A stretch of 64,000 bases of DNA from Octopus sinensis (GCF_006345805.1 NC_042998.1:119846001-119910000), one strand, 5' to 3'. Positions 48,237 through 61,631 are shown, counted from the first letter of the stretch. Notes: generated by a model not told the origin, from the letters alone. A program made the numbers and translations.

Positions 48237-48614
48237 ACCATCTTACTAACAATAACTCTGAGCACCTTTTCAAATTCCACCTGCCTAACACCCATGGACA
48301 TGTTTACAAAGTCAGAAAACAGCACAGCTCCCATGACTTTCGGAAACATTTTTTCACACTAAGAGTTGCTGAAGCATGGAACAAACTGCCGGCATCAGTT
48401 GTTAGTTGTTGGAGCACTGCATCCTTCAAAACTTCCATGCTTCCTGAGATTTGCCAACACTACGCCTGATTTTCTCCCCTCCATATACGCAAGCATGTAT
48501 CTGACTCATACACTGTTCACTTCCCAGACATTTGTACATTACTGCATATGCTTTATATGCACTTTTGACAAGTTGTGGTGCACCTGAGCACTGTATACAA
48601 AAATTTCATTATTA
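48237..48614 (+). mobile_element. CR1 LINE 3' end, same family as 20860-22365
   Basis: High similarity to 21978-22350; tail here is (ATT)n. Confidence 0.92.
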
Positions 48615-48720
48615 TTTTTACTATTTGAGATTTGTATTCATGTCTTTTACCATAGATACATAATATTCAACTTTTGATTTAATTGTGTGTGAAATGAATA
48701 AATTTTTTTCAGTTTTGATC

Positions 48721-48762
<42 letters not shown>

Positions 48763-48803
48763 TATAGTAAAATATCTTTTATAAAATATTTTAAATATTT
48801 CAG

Positions 48804-48915
48804 GAAGAACTGGCTTTTATGTTTGAAATGCTTGGAGTCTATGATGACAGTCTTCTGCAATATGATGAGTTAGATGCTTTGTTTACACAATTTTTGCTAA
48901 ATCATGCCGCTGGAG
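48804..48915 (+). CDS. TRAPPC10: TRAPPC10 exon 6 (EELAFMFEML...NHAAG)
   Basis: 112 nt; tttcag|GAA...G|gtaggt. Confidence 0.97.
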
Positions 48916-49414
48916 GTAGGTTATCAAAATAAGTACCTATGATGGTTTATTAATCAGACAGTTTGCCTTAATTTATCTTATTGATTAATTTTACTTCTAC
49001 CTCTCAATTCAGTGGTTAACAGTAGAACTGTAAAAATTATTTGTATGTGATGAGATAGGGTAGCTGTGAAGATAAGGGGCTGCAATATTGACCACATGAT
49101 TAATAAGTTCAGATCTTACTTCTGTCATTCTCTGTCTGTAGACAAGGTACCTAACTCTTTATTACACCAGTTATGGGTAAGCAAAAAAATAAGGTTTACT
49201 TACTACTTCACAGCTGCATAGGAAAGACATCATTCTACTATAAAAGCATTTTAGCTAACAAATAAAGGTGTAAGTATGAAAAGATTGATATAAAATAATT
49301 GATGCACAAAACAAGGTTGCCATAAAATGTAGGTGAGTGTTTTCTTTTAGACTTATGTGTTATGCAAATGTTATACAATGACAAGTAATCTGACCACTTT
49401 GCCTCTTTTTCCAG

Positions 49415-49662
49415 AAACTGTGGATTGGTTGACTCCATTCATTGAGCCATGTACAAAATGGGCTGGAATATCACTAAGTAAAGCTCTTAACTGGGACAAA
49501 AGAGATTTAATCAAAATGAATAAAGCTAGTCTTTTAGAATTCCGCAATTATCTTTTTTCTCGACAATGTGCTTTACTGTCTCTACTGAATCGTCCATGGG
49601 AAATAGCAGAGAGAGCTGTTGCCTATCTCCACAATACTGTACAAGAAATGAAAACTTTAGAG
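49415..49662 (+). CDS. TRAPPC10: TRAPPC10 exon 7 (ETVDWL...QEMKTLE)
   Basis: 248 nt; ttccag|AA...GAG|gtatag. Confidence 0.97.
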
Positions 49663-50438
49663 GTATAGTTATTACTAATATATTTTCTTTTCACTTGGGC
49701 CTAAACAACAGGAATAACATTTGTTTAGGCCCAAGTTTGGCCTGACCCAGAAGCTCTGTGATTAACAATATTCTAGCCATGAGCATTCCATCTTATCTTT
49801 AGACAATCTCTTTAAGACCACATCAGTAATGTCTTTCCTTTATTAAGACAATAAAGTGCGATTTGAAGGATATCTGTTTGCTATTTCTTGCAGGTCAAAT
49901 GACTGTATATGTCTCCCCATTGGCAAGAAATAAGTTGGGTCTTTTCTGCTGATTGTTTTCTGGAACTAAAACAACAAAAGATATGTCTTACATATCTTTG
50001 CTAAATTTTATAGCTTTCATGTTTAACATTTGAATTTATAGGTTTACTGAAAGTAAACATTATTTTCTGATGTGAGATTTATAAGGTTTTATTGCAGGGA
50101 GGCTACAATCAGTTAAATCAATATGCCATGATTTTATAGTGAATACAGCTAGACAAATTGTTGTAAAATTGTTCTTACAGAGTGTGTTTATGTGTTAGAA
50201 ATTTGTACTGATGGTAAAGACAGCTGAGTCACTTGTTGCAAAGTAGTTGTAGTGGACTGTAGTAACCCTCAAAATTTCTGATGTTATCTGATACCTTAAG
50301 GAACTTGCCACAAGGACGAGATTGAAGACATTTAGCTTATCCTCTGCACCCACCCTCACTGACCAAACAAGATTAATCCAAACTCACTTTTAGTTTTATT
50401 TTTATTTGTTTTTTCTTTTATTGTTGTTGTCATTTCAG

Positions 50439-50588
50439 ATTGAAATGCCAGAAGGTTCCCTTGCATGTTGGGTGTTTCTTAGTTGTCTTGAGGTGCTACA
50501 TACCAGTGACAAACTCAACAATTCTACTGAAAAACTTAATAGCCATTCCCTGTATACTGCTAGTCTATGGGATTATGCTCGAAAAAAA
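50439..50588 (+). CDS. TRAPPC10: TRAPPC10 exon 8 (IEMPEGSLACW...WDYARKK)
   Basis: 150 nt; tttcag|ATT...AAA|gtaagt. Confidence 0.97.
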
Positions 50589-50674
50589 GTAAGTGTTGGT
50601 GTTTTGTTCTGAATGTTTTACAATTACATATGTAACATCAGTAGAGTAATGTATGTAATATACCAGAATTATCT

Positions 50675-50901
50675 TCTGGTAGAATTGTTAGCGCACCAGG
50701 CAAAATGCTTAGTGGCATTTTGTCCATCTTTACATTCTGAGTTCAAATTCTGCTAAGGTCGACTTTGCCTTTCATCCTTTCAAGGTCTATAAAATAAGTT
50801 CCAATTGAGACTGGTGGTGGTGGGGGGGGGGGGGGTCGATGTAATCGAATTACCCTTTCTCCAAAATTACTGGTGTTGTGCCAAAATTCAAAACCAATAT
50901 A
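50675..50901 (+). mobile_element. tRNA-derived SINE, family B, with internal poly-G
   Basis: Homologous to 40673-40883. Confidence 0.85.
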
Positions 50902-51450
50902 TTAGGATTATCTTAGAGAGTAATATAATAGATATACATTTGCTTATCTAGTAATATATATAATAAATAACAACTTACTAATATACTAAAATATTTGCTA
51001 ATGTGGTTTCTAAAATGGCAATTATAAATATTATATATAAGATACACCTAATAATATAGTGACATATATATCTCTGATATAGTGATATGTAAAACACTCA
51101 TTAATGCAGTGACATATATGACATATGTTCACACACATATGACAGGCATCCTGCAGTTTTTGTCTGCAAATTCCATTCACATGGCATTGGTTAGCATGAG
51201 GCTATAATCAAAGATGCCACACAATGAGACTGAATCCAAAACACTGTGGTTTCCAAGTGGACTGAGTAATCACACAGCCATACCTGCACTGTTAGGTGTG
51301 TTTCCTGCCCTCTATGTGAATGTTTATGTTGTATCCCTTTATGTTTCATGACCTAGCAGTTTGACAGATTGGCAACAATAAGATAAGTGCGAAGCTAAAA
51401 TAATTATTGGGTTGATATGAAGGCATGGCTATAGTCCAATGACTGGAACC

Positions 51451-51455
<5 letters not shown>

Positions 51456-51500
<45 letters not shown>

Positions 51501-51503
51501 TGC
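51456..51503. repeat. (GT)n microsatellite
   Basis: Direct reading. Confidence 0.96.
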
Positions 51504-52453
51504 ATGTACACACATTGATATTGACATTCCATAGCTTTGCATGTTACCATCTGAGTGACATAGCCATACTGATTATATTCCTTGTTGATATTACAACAAG
51601 GAATATAATGTGCTTGGTGCATTTTATCATGATGTCATCACTAGAAAAGATTGGGGTGGATATGAAGAAGTGGAACTCCTGATAACCATAACTCTCCCAT
51701 TTCACCATTTGTGGTGAGGTGAGAGAGTGATGGATGTTGATATCAAACAGCCAATGGAGAGTATAGGTTAAGTGTATGAGAGACAGGCCAGTTTTATGAG
51801 GTCTCTTAAATATATACCTAAAGATGGTAATAACGCTAGGTTGATAAGAATGAAGAGGGAAGAGGTGGTGTGTTGGAGAGAGGGTTAGATAGGTCTCATG
51901 GCATCCTTAGTAACACTAGAAGCAACATCTAGTGAACTGAGCTGAAGAGCTCCACTACTATCCTTTGTTACATCAGCAGCATACATACATTCATATATCA
52001 TCATCATAATTGTTTACTGTTTATTTAAGAAGTTCATTTTACTTCACAATCCCATGTTTCTGGATTTGATCCAGCACATTGCATTATTGGAAAGTATCTT
52101 CTACTATAGTTGTGGTTTGGCTATTACTTCACAAATTGTGTATGTGTGTGTGTGTGTGTATATATGCATGCATAGCCATTTATTATCTAAAACTGAGGTT
52201 GCTATATTCAGTGTTGGAATAACTAAGAAAAGATTTGGGGATCAAATTGCAGTCTTGGTTGTAATATTAAAAGACTGAATCAAAACAAATAACATACAAA
52301 AACATATACATGTAGTATAAAATTTTAAAACTGATGTTCAGTTGGACTGTGTATGTATATTCTGTAAATGTTGAAGTTTGTGTAGTCATTGCTATAGTCT
52401 CTAGCAATTGTAGCATAAATTATACACAAAATAACAAACTGTTTGTATTGCAG

Positions 52454-52571
52454 TTAAAAGAACTTGGTGTGTTGTGTGGTTTGATGCCAGAGGTTTCATC
52501 TAATCCAACTTCTGAACAACTCAATAAAGTGGTGGACCTTCTATTTGGGATGGGAATCAATGAGGAAGAAG
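52454..52571 (+). CDS. TRAPPC10: TRAPPC10 exon 9 (LKELGVLCGL...GINEEE)
   Basis: 118 nt; ttgcag|TTA...G|gtgagt. Confidence 0.96.
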
Positions 52572-52619
52572 GTGAGTGGATGTCATTGATCAGGGTATCA
52601 GTTTAATTTAAAAGAATAA

Positions 52620-53110
52620 TGGTTACATATTATCATCACATTTGTCATCATCATCACATTTGACATCATTGTTGCATGTTATCATCAAATTTGTCTTTCA
52701 TCGTCAGATTTGTCATCATCATCATCACATTTATCTTTATCAGTACATTTAGCATCGTCTTCACACTTAGTATCATTATCACATTTGTTGTCATTATAAT
52801 TGCCATTACATTGTCATCTTCCTTACATTTGCCTTCATCATCAGATTGTCATCATACATTTGTCATTGTCAATATAAGATTTCATCAATATATTTTTATA
52901 TTATTTTTGTCTTAACATGAATTATGTCATTGTTATTTTTATTTTTATTCTTACATTATCATCATCATTGATCACCTTCATCATCATCATTAACATAAAT
53001 AACAACATTGCCATCATTGTTGCTATCGACAATATTGCAACATTATTGTCATTATCATTGCTTCCATCACCAGCATATGTAACATCAGCATCATGCTGCC
53101 AGTGCTGATA
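52620..53110. repeat. Degenerate (CAT)n / (ATT)n low-complexity tract
   Basis: Direct reading; source of spurious Ile-rich ORFs. Confidence 0.85.
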
Positions 53111-53124
53111 CAAGGTCAGTTTCT

Positions 53125-53500
53125 CATTATCCTGAGCAGCTGAAAAATATGATTGCTTGAGTGGGTTACACACCAGAGCAAGTAAACAATGTTGATGAAA
53201 CCACTTTTCAAGAAGATTACACCTGCTACAAAAGTTATTTCTTGAGAAGAAAAATAAACACCAAGGTTTAAAGCTTTCAAAATGCTTCTTGGGGTAGGAA
53301 ATGCCTCTGGTGGTATAAAATTAGAGCTCCTACTTGTATATTATTGAAAATCCAAGGGATTTCAAGGGTTATGCAAAGTTTAATTTGCCTCTGATTTGTT
53401 GTTCAAATTAGAAAGCATAGACAATTAAGTGCCTTTTTGAAGAGTGGTATACAAACATTTTTTTCATTCTGCTGTAGAAAAGTACAGCTGGATAGTTCCT
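53125..53500 (+). mobile_element. Decayed Tigger/pogo transposase fragment
   Basis: NVDET, GFKAFK, GNASG, ENPR-like and SNxKA-like motifs, with stops and frameshifts. Confidence 0.72.
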
Positions 53501-53956
53501 GCTACAAAACATGTATTTATGTGACTGGATTATTTGTGGGATCTATGCAGGACAACCATCTATTCTTAGCTACAGCTGGGTGGACTGTATCTCACTCTGG
53601 TACCTACTTAGCTTGACTGTGAGTCTTTATTTGCATCTAAGTGAACTGTAACTTACTGTGATACTTATGGCATGGTCATATGACTGAAATGTTATCTGGA
53701 GTTGTCTCTTTTACTTACTGAATTAATGAAAATAATATTCATGAATGATTAATATTTATTTTTTTTACAGAATTATTTCTAGTAAGCTTTATAATGCTCC
53801 CTACATTAAATACATTACAATTAATTTCACCACTGATTTTCATGTAGATGAATTCTATGAGTAATGTTGATGAAATTGTGTTTGTAAGTTGCGAGATGTT
53901 TAAAATGCTCAGTTTTCTAATCAGCCTTGATTGCACATTGTCTTTGTCTCTTCTAG

Positions 53957-54039
53957 CATCTACTACAGGATCTCCTCGACCTATTGATAGACTCCGTGAA
54001 GCTCTATCATCAAGGCAGTCCTTTCAGCGACACTACTTG
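53957..54039 (+). CDS. TRAPPC10: TRAPPC10 exon 10 (ASTTGSPRPIDRLREALSSRQSFQRHYL)
   Basis: 83 nt; ttctag|CA...TTG|gtaaat; an alternative in-frame acceptor gives an exon start at 53969. Confidence 0.93.
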
Positions 54040-55655
54040 GTAAATCCGTTTCACTTATTTCAAATATTGTTATGTAGGTCAATAAAAAGTATAGCAGTTG
54101 TTGTGTAGCTCCAGGTATTTGGCTGAGGATTAAGTGTAACCAACAGATCTATTGTTCCAGTTTTATCACATGTCTACCTAACTAAGAACCATATCACACA
54201 CTGTGACATACAGTGTGACAGTCTGAGCATTATGTATTTTCAATATGTACCAGTAATATACAGAGGTGGAATCATTTGAATCATTTAAGAGCACTGCTCT
54301 TCCAAAATTGATTTGTGTCAAAGACAGGAAATATTTTATTTAAACTACATGCAGATTTGTGTGTGTGTTAAAATAGCACTTATGGACAGTATACAGTACT
54401 GGTGAATGCATGTATATTCTATGGTCTCATGCGTAGTCTATGTCCAGTCTATGGTCTCATGTACAGTCTCATTTCTTGGGCTGCAAACTTTCTGTTAGAT
54501 TGCATTATCATGGCACCATGTATCAACAATGTGCTCTCCATTCCACACTCTATCAAATGATGTAATCCAAGATTCAGTAATGTCGCCTACACTCTTCTTT
54601 CTGTGCCTTCTGACTTTCATTTCTATCAACACATGCTTCTCTGCATGCAAAACTATATGCCCCTACTCTTTAACATTCCATGCATGTGTGTTACCTAAAT
54701 ACAAATTGAACACTTGATACTAGGCAAACACTAATTTGATGAATAGAAACCTTGAGATTATTCCTTAGCTGGGAGATGACAAGCTTGTCTCTTTCAACAG
54801 TATAAATACACAATACATGTATCAAAGAAGTAGTCCTCCATTAGAGACTCTTCATGACTATCATTTTCCAGATCATTTTACAGCATTATTTAGAAGGAAA
54901 ACAGTTAATTGTGAAGAGGTTAAAAATGCTTTTGTGTTTCTTTGCTTAGAAATATGCCACACCTCACTGGTGACCCCTTGTAATCTGACATATATAGAGT
55001 GCGGGGTGCTAAAACGTTCCTGGCTTTAAACGTATCATGAAAGACATGGTTGTAGGCCCAGCTAGGTTTTTTTCTTTTTACAGGGCTTAGAAAAACTGAA
55101 GGACCACTGTAATAAGTGTGTGAATCTGAGAGGGGAATATGTTGAGTAAACTCATAATTGACCAGTCCGCCTGCATTTTCTTTTACCAGGAACTTTTCAG
55201 TGCTGCCTCATATAATATTGACAAAACTATATCACAAAGACTAGGATTTCTCTTTAGAGCCAGAAAATACTTGAGTACTGATCAGTTGCTAATATTTTAC
55301 GAAGCTTAAGCAAACCTCCCATTAAACTGCTAGTCTCATGTATGAGACAGTGTTGCTGTTACATATACACAAACATTGGTCACTTCTAGTAGGTGGTCAT
55401 GTTTCTCATATCTGCATACCTTCTCTACCCATCTTCACCTATTTCACTTTGTGTTTACTCTTCTCGCCTCCTGAGATTCTGCACTAAACCTTTCACCCAA
55501 TCTATATTTCCCTTCACTGTAGTCCTCTGCATTTCTCTCTCTATCCATATTTTATTTGTAGATATTAATCTTTAGATGTCCAACTGTATCAGTTTCACCT
55601 TTACAACTCCTCTTCTATCTGTTCTTATGTTCTCTCCTCTGTTCCTCTATTTGTT

Positions 55656-55688
<33 letters not shown>

Positions 55689-55806
55689 GTGCAATATCTA
55701 ATACTTCCTTCTTACCCTCTCTGTCAGTAGTGTCTATTGTTTTTTTTTTTTTTTCGAATTGACCAGAAACTATATCAATATGTAATATATGTATTTTCAT
55801 ATTTAG

Positions 55807-55898
55807 GATCTCTCTGAATTGGCTATGGGAACCTACAAACATATAGGTAGAATGCGGTCTGCCAGGATCATAGGTCAGGATGTTGCTGAATTTTACAT
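55807..55898 (+). CDS. TRAPPC10: TRAPPC10 exon 11 (DLSELAMGTYKHIGRMRSARIIGQDVAEFYM)
   Basis: 92 nt; tttag|GAT...AT|gtaaga; not in the ORF track. Confidence 0.97.
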
Positions 55899-56625
55899 GT
55901 AAGAATATTTTCTTAAAGTATTTCTTTACACCAGATATTTTCTTTTTTTTTCCTTTTTATAACTGAACCAGAGGAGAACTGCTCAGAACTTACAACTCTT
56001 TTCTGGATCTCTGTGACTGGTAGTAATTAGGGAGGAAGTCGTCCTCAGCTTTGAGAGCTAGCCTGGATGCTTACAATAGAGTCAACTCCACTTAAACACC
56101 CAAGGTTCAGCGGGTGGGGTTAAACTGGGTGATGAAATTAAGTCCTCCATCAAAGAACAGGAATAGATCCTCTGAAAGGCTACCACACAGTTTTCACCAA
56201 CCAAATTTTACCTACAAGTCTTTGGTTGGCTTGAAGCTATGGAAGAAGGTACATGCCCAAGGTGCTGTACAGTAGGGTCAGACTTAAAATCACATAATTG
56301 TGAATTACCTTTATTTCACCCATTGTTATTGTTTAATTCCACATCAGTGCTATAAATGACTATCTTGTTTTTTTATTCAGCTGTTACTAAATCTAAAACT
56401 ACATTGTCCTATGAGTTTTTTCTTTTTCCAAGATGGTAAGATGAAATTTGAGAGAGAGATTGGCTAGTTTCACCAATCTTTAAAATGAGTCTGTTAATGA
56501 AGGAAGCCTCTACATATTAATTTGGCTTGTTAGAAATAGTAAACAAATCTCCCTCAACTCAAATAAGAACTAGATTGGGCTATGATGACCTTTCCATTAT
56601 ACTAGCATGAAAAGCAGATGTAAAA

Positions 56626-56639
<14 letters not shown>

Positions 56640-56657
<18 letters not shown>

Positions 56658-57055
56658 GAAATCATTTACATGACACTGCATAGGCACTTTTGTGTGGCAC
56701 CACATGGGTGCTTTTATGTGAAACTGCCACAAGTGCTTTACACCACCAGCAGGATTAGTCTTAACACTTTTGTTGCAGGGCATGGGTCTTCTTGAGTATG
56801 GTCAGGTGCCAGGTATCTCAGTCCTTTGTCATCTTGCCTGAAAGGTTCAGCTTCCTAAGCTCATTCTTCAGTACTTCATCGCATGTCTTCCTGGATCTCC
56901 CACTTCCATATGTTCCATCTACTTTGAGAGATTGGCACTGCAGCACATGATTAAACCAGCTCAGTTTTCTCTCTTGCACACAGCAACCAATTCCTCTTAT
57001 GCCTAACTTCTCTCTCAGAACAGACACTCTGTCAAGCATGTACACTTACATTACA
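56640..57055 (-). mobile_element. RTE LINE ORF2 C-terminal fragment
   Basis: LREKLGIRGI...GRSRKTCDEV. Confidence 0.8.
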
Positions 57056-57059
57056 CATA

Positions 57060-57973
57060 CAGTAGAGCAAACTGAGTGCATGTACTGAGAATGATAAAAA
57101 TCAAACATCCAGTCTACATTATGGTATTTGGAGTGATCACTAGTGATGGTGATATTATGCTTCCATTCATCTTCCCACATTGCCTCAGACTCAACATGGA
57201 GGTCTACATCAAGTGCCTGGAAGAGGTAGTGCTGCTCTGGGTCAAGAGGGGGGCTGCTGGAAGACCCTATGTCTGGCAACAGGACTCTGCACAATGCCAC
57301 ACAAGCAGGAGAACACAGTCATGGTTGTTAGACAATTTCTGCAACCACATCACCCTTAACATCTGGCTACCTAACTCCACAGACTGCAACCCCCTTGATT
57401 ATTATGTGTGGGGCGTGGTTGAGTGAGAGACCAACAAAACTCCTTGTAATACCAAAGATGAACTGAAGGCAAGGATTATGGCAGCATTCACCAACTTAAA
57501 CAAGGAGACTGTCCAGAAGAGTTGCAGGAAATTCCAAAGTCATCTGGAGGCCGTGATTGAAGCCAATGGTGATATTATCTTGAAATACTAAAGTATTTCA
57601 AGATATTTGTATGTAATTTTGGTAAATATCATCATCATCATCATAGCTAGACATCCACTTTTCATGCTGGCATGGGTTGGACGGTTTGACTGAGTGCTGG
57701 CAAGCCAGAAGGCTGCACCAGGCTCCAATCTGATTTGGCAAAGTTTCTACAGCTGGATGTCCTTCCTAATGTCAACCACTCCAAGAGTGAAGAGGGTGCT
57801 TTTTACGTGCCACTGGCACAAGGGCCAGTTAGGCGGTACTGGCAACGACCACGCTCGAATGGTGCTTTTTACATGCCATGGGCATGGGACCAGTCAGCCA
57901 TCTGTTGAAATGAGATGTCAGTGTTATTTTCATTTTTGCGTAATTTAGATGACAGTTTATTCATTGCACCCTG
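57060..57973 (+). mobile_element. maT (DD37D) Tc1/mariner transposon, 3' half, with nested RTE tail (57629-57899)
   Basis: WQQDSA...WLPNSTDCNPLDY with exactly 37 residues between the last two Asp; ends CACCCTG|TA at 57973. Confidence 0.88.
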
Positions 57974-58024
57974 TATATATACACATACAAACTTGTTACA
58001 TGTTTAATACTTACTGACTACACT

Positions 58025-58342
58025 ACACTTTTTTTGTTTCTTTTATTCTTTTACTGGTTTTATTCATTAGACTGACAATCAGACCATCCTTGAAAGGTTT
58101 TGATCTATTATATCGACCCTAGCACTGGACAATATAATCAGCATATTACTTTTTAGGGGGATGTAACTCTGCATTTATTTGTGCAATGTGCACAAACTAA
58201 CACACACATATACATAGTAGTTTCCATTTACCAATTCTCTCCTAAGGTATTGGTCAATCTAAAGACACTTGCCAAGGTGCTATGCAGTGGGATTGAACCC
58301 AAACCACCTGGTTGCAAAATGAAGCTCAATCACATGACTACC
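58025..58342 (-). mobile_element. tRNA-derived SINE, family A (degenerate); other antisense copies at about 51140-51290 and 56165-56310
   Basis: gacacttgccaaggtgctatgcagtgggattgaaccc is the reverse complement of the SINE head. Confidence 0.7.
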
Positions 58343-58450
58343 TTAATTTATGGAATTAATTGTCATACATGTATATATTTATCTCGCATGTTTTATAATA
58401 AAAAATATCCCATTATTTCATGCTGTTTACTTTCTATGTTGTTTTCACAG

Positions 58451-58591
58451 GAAACAAGAAAGCCCCCAGAAAGCAGAAGGATTTCTCTTGGATGCCATGA
58501 AAATGTATAAACAGGAAGGCTGGGATATTCTTAGTGATAGTATAGCAGTACTTCTTGCTCAATGTCAGAAGAAACTCAGTAATCCTCTTAA
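58451..58591 (+). CDS. TRAPPC10: TRAPPC10 exon 12 (KQESPQKAEGFL...KKLSNPLK)
   Basis: 141 nt; tcacag|G...AA|gtatcc. Confidence 0.95.
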
Positions 58592-59289
58592 GTATCCTTT
58601 GGTCACAATCTGTTTGTTTTTATGGTTAGGGAGGGAAAAGTTGCTCCCATCACCTTTGCAGGCTCTCTGACACTGGCCAGAATGATGTGATTGATGTTCA
58701 GCTGTAACAGCTACACGTTATTATTTGCTGGCAAAACATGGATGGGAATGGGAATTCCACAGAGATGATATTTAAAGAAGGAACAATTGTATGCAGTAGG
58801 TATTGTACAACTTAAGAGGGGAAACACAGAGTGGATGATGAGAAGAGAGGTATATGAATTGGGTGTGATTGGGTAGAGATAGGATGCAGCATACATATAC
58901 AAACACGTGTGTGTGTGTGTGTGTGTGTGTGTATTTCATGTTATACTAAGAAGCAATGCACTGTACCAGAATTTTCAACTTGAGTCAAATATAACAAACT
59001 ATTCTGCATCCTTGTTGGAATATCTGTGTAAGTAGAGTGTGGATCGGCTAGTTTGTACTGACATCAAGCTGTATAATTTGTAATTACGAAGCAAACTAGA
59101 GATATAGTGTAACTTCATTATTAGAACTTATATACCATCATCATCATTTAATATCCATTGTCCATGCTGGCATGGGTTAGATGGTTTGACTAGGGCTGAT
59201 AAGCTGGAAGGCTACACCAGACTCCAGTCTGATTTCGCATACATACACACACACATGTACATACACTAAGAACAAAACAAGGTTTCTTG

Positions 59290-59770
59290 GCGTACTTGAG
59301 TTTGTTCAGCAAGTGCTCTGACTAGATCATATGGTTCTCCTGATTTTTGGTCGGCAAGAACTACCCTCTCCTTATCATGTAGAACTTGTATCTGATCTTA
59401 TGCATCTGATGGTGGATTCCAACATATGATCTATTCAGTGATTGCCCATATCAACTTGATCGAGTTATTGATTATGCTCTGGATTTACTGGTTGAATTTG
59501 GCTGTCATAACAACGTTTGACTATTGAAAAATGTTTCTTTCTCTTGGATATGAATGACATACCCTGCCAGAAGCCTCAAGCTCTTTTTTGATCCTGAACA
59601 CAAAGGACCCAGCTACATTCAAAAAGCTGGTGATCTCTGAGTTTCTGTGACTAGTAGCTAGAGCCACAAGTACCTTTTCGTTTTCTGTATCATATTGGAA
59701 TCTGATATATTGATGCTGTTCATATGTCTGAAAGAGAATGAGAGAGTTGAAATTTGGTGCATGCCCCATA
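59290..59770 (-). mobile_element. maT transposase N-terminal fragment (decayed)
   Basis: EITSFLNVAGSFVFRIKKELEASG and HKIRYKFYMIRRG on the minus strand. Confidence 0.65.
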
Positions 59771-60274
59771 ACATTATGTTAGGTCATTTTCCAGTAGTGG
59801 TCCACATAAGTTGTGTTCAAAAATACCTAGTGTACACACTCACACACACACACTCAGACCTAATGCACACACTCACACACTTTGTTTGAAGCTTATGACT
59901 CACTCTGTTGTTACTCAGGTTATTGTAATATAACATGAAACTTTGAGTAGTGATATGATGAACCATTAGTTTCTTATGACATTGAGCCAGAGGTGCTGTG
60001 ACACCATTACCAAGAATATTCAGCTTACTTGTTTATACAGTAAATAAACTTGACTACAAGTTTTGAGTACTATAGCTTTTTTCTTCTAGATTCATGTGTG
60101 TGTGAGTTACCTTTCATTTGACAAAGGAATGGTAAATATATATATCAGTAGTATACTGAGGTCACATTTGTCTTGCTTGGCTGAAAAAAAAATCAAGCTT
60201 TTGCTTAATCAAAAGAATTGAATAATGATTGTGTTAAATTTGTAACTATTTTGATTCCTGATCAGTATCTCTAG

Positions 60275-60378
60275 ATATGCCAAAACTGCCTGCTACATTG
60301 TGTGTAGTAAAAATCTTTCACATTCCGAACGTTGTTACTATTTGGATGAACTGATCCAACTTAGCAGAAGTGATGATG
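60275..60378 (+). CDS. TRAPPC10: TRAPPC10 exon 13 (YAKTACYIVCSKNLSHSERCYYLDELIQLSRSDD)
   Basis: 104 nt; ctctag|A...G|gtaagt; phase 2-1 fits both neighbours. Confidence 0.93.
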
Positions 60379-61369
60379 GTAAGTCTGTTAAACGCCTGTC
60401 AATCTCCTTATATTTAATGCAGTATTCATTTGTTTATATTGTATTGCCTTCTTTCTTTAATGTGTTTTGTAGTGGGTCTATTTTACTGCAATTAAAAAAA
60501 AAAGTACCATGTTTACAACTTAAATTCTTACAAATAACTCTGGAGATATAACATAATAGATATATCATGGGGAAGATATGACATAGGAGCTAAAATCTTC
60601 TAGAAGACACAATGATTTCAATCAGTTTTATGAGTGGTGGTGGTGGTGGTGGTGGTGGTGGGGATGTAGGAATGAGAAACTAATGAGTATTTTTTTTATT
60701 CCCTCTTTCATGAACAATTTTCTTATATATATATTGGAAATATATTCCAATCAATTTTTAAAATAACCATGAACGTGGAGAGATTTAGTAAAATAATTAG
60801 CACTTTCATTATTAAGTTAGTATTTTGGAATATAAATTAGTAAAAGTCACTTCCTTAAAATTATGATGGGAAGATATTTAAATTTAAACATAAACAACTT
60901 AAAATAGGAGGCTTTATGGTGTGGAACTAGTCTCTGGATGTTTGGTATCAAAAGGGTTTGTTTCACAAAACACCTGAAATTTCAAAATTTCGAAAACATA
61001 TTCCTCTTCTCAAAGGCAGTAAAACTGCCATATTGGTTGATCTGTATTGTGTGTGTGTAATTAATAATCTGGTCCTAATCTACAAAGCTATAAATACTGT
61101 TGGTTCCTTCTTACTTGGTTAACTCCTTCCAATATTCTTATAGAATAAAAGAATATTGGAACGATATTGAAAAGGTTTTTAATAGAAACTTCTTCAATTT
61201 TTAGTATTAAATAAGAGTATTGAAGAAAAGATTGTAAGAGAATTATAGTCGCACAGTATGGAATGCACTGCAGGCAGAAGACATTATAAAGTTAAGGATT
61301 TCAAAATGAACTGAAATCATTTTTTTCCTTCATTAACTCTGAATATTATTTTCTAAGCCCCTGATAATT

Positions 61370-61621
61370 TCTATTTAGTATTTTACGTGCCGTCAGCACA
61401 TAAAAAGCACCATCCGATCGTGGCTGTTTTGCCAGACTCGTTTGGCACGTAAAAGCACCCGCTACACTCACGGAGTGGTTGGCGTTAGGAGGGGCATCCA
61501 GCCTTAGAAACATTGCCAGATCAGACTGGGCCTGGTGCAGCCTTCTGGCTTCCCAGACCCCAGTTGAACCGTCCAACCCATGCTAGCATGGAAAGCAGAC
61601 GCTAAACGATGATGATGATGA
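61370..61621 (+). mobile_element. Young RTE-type 3' tail
   Basis: About 95% identical by eye to the reverse complement of 13538-13720; (GAT)n tail. Confidence 0.9.
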
Positions 61622-61631
61622 TATTATCTAT

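Noticed and set aside
50812-50836. G-run with G-quadruplex potential (also (GGT)n at about 60634-60663)
   Set aside because: Simple-repeat expansion inside a SINE or intron; no evidence of function.
52676-53173. Hydrophobic Ile-rich ORFs that look like membrane proteins
   Set aside because: Translation of a degenerate (CAT)n/(ATT)n tract.
53560-53615. tacagctgggtggactg, resembling a conserved SINE central domain
   Set aside because: The match is too short and has no head or tail.
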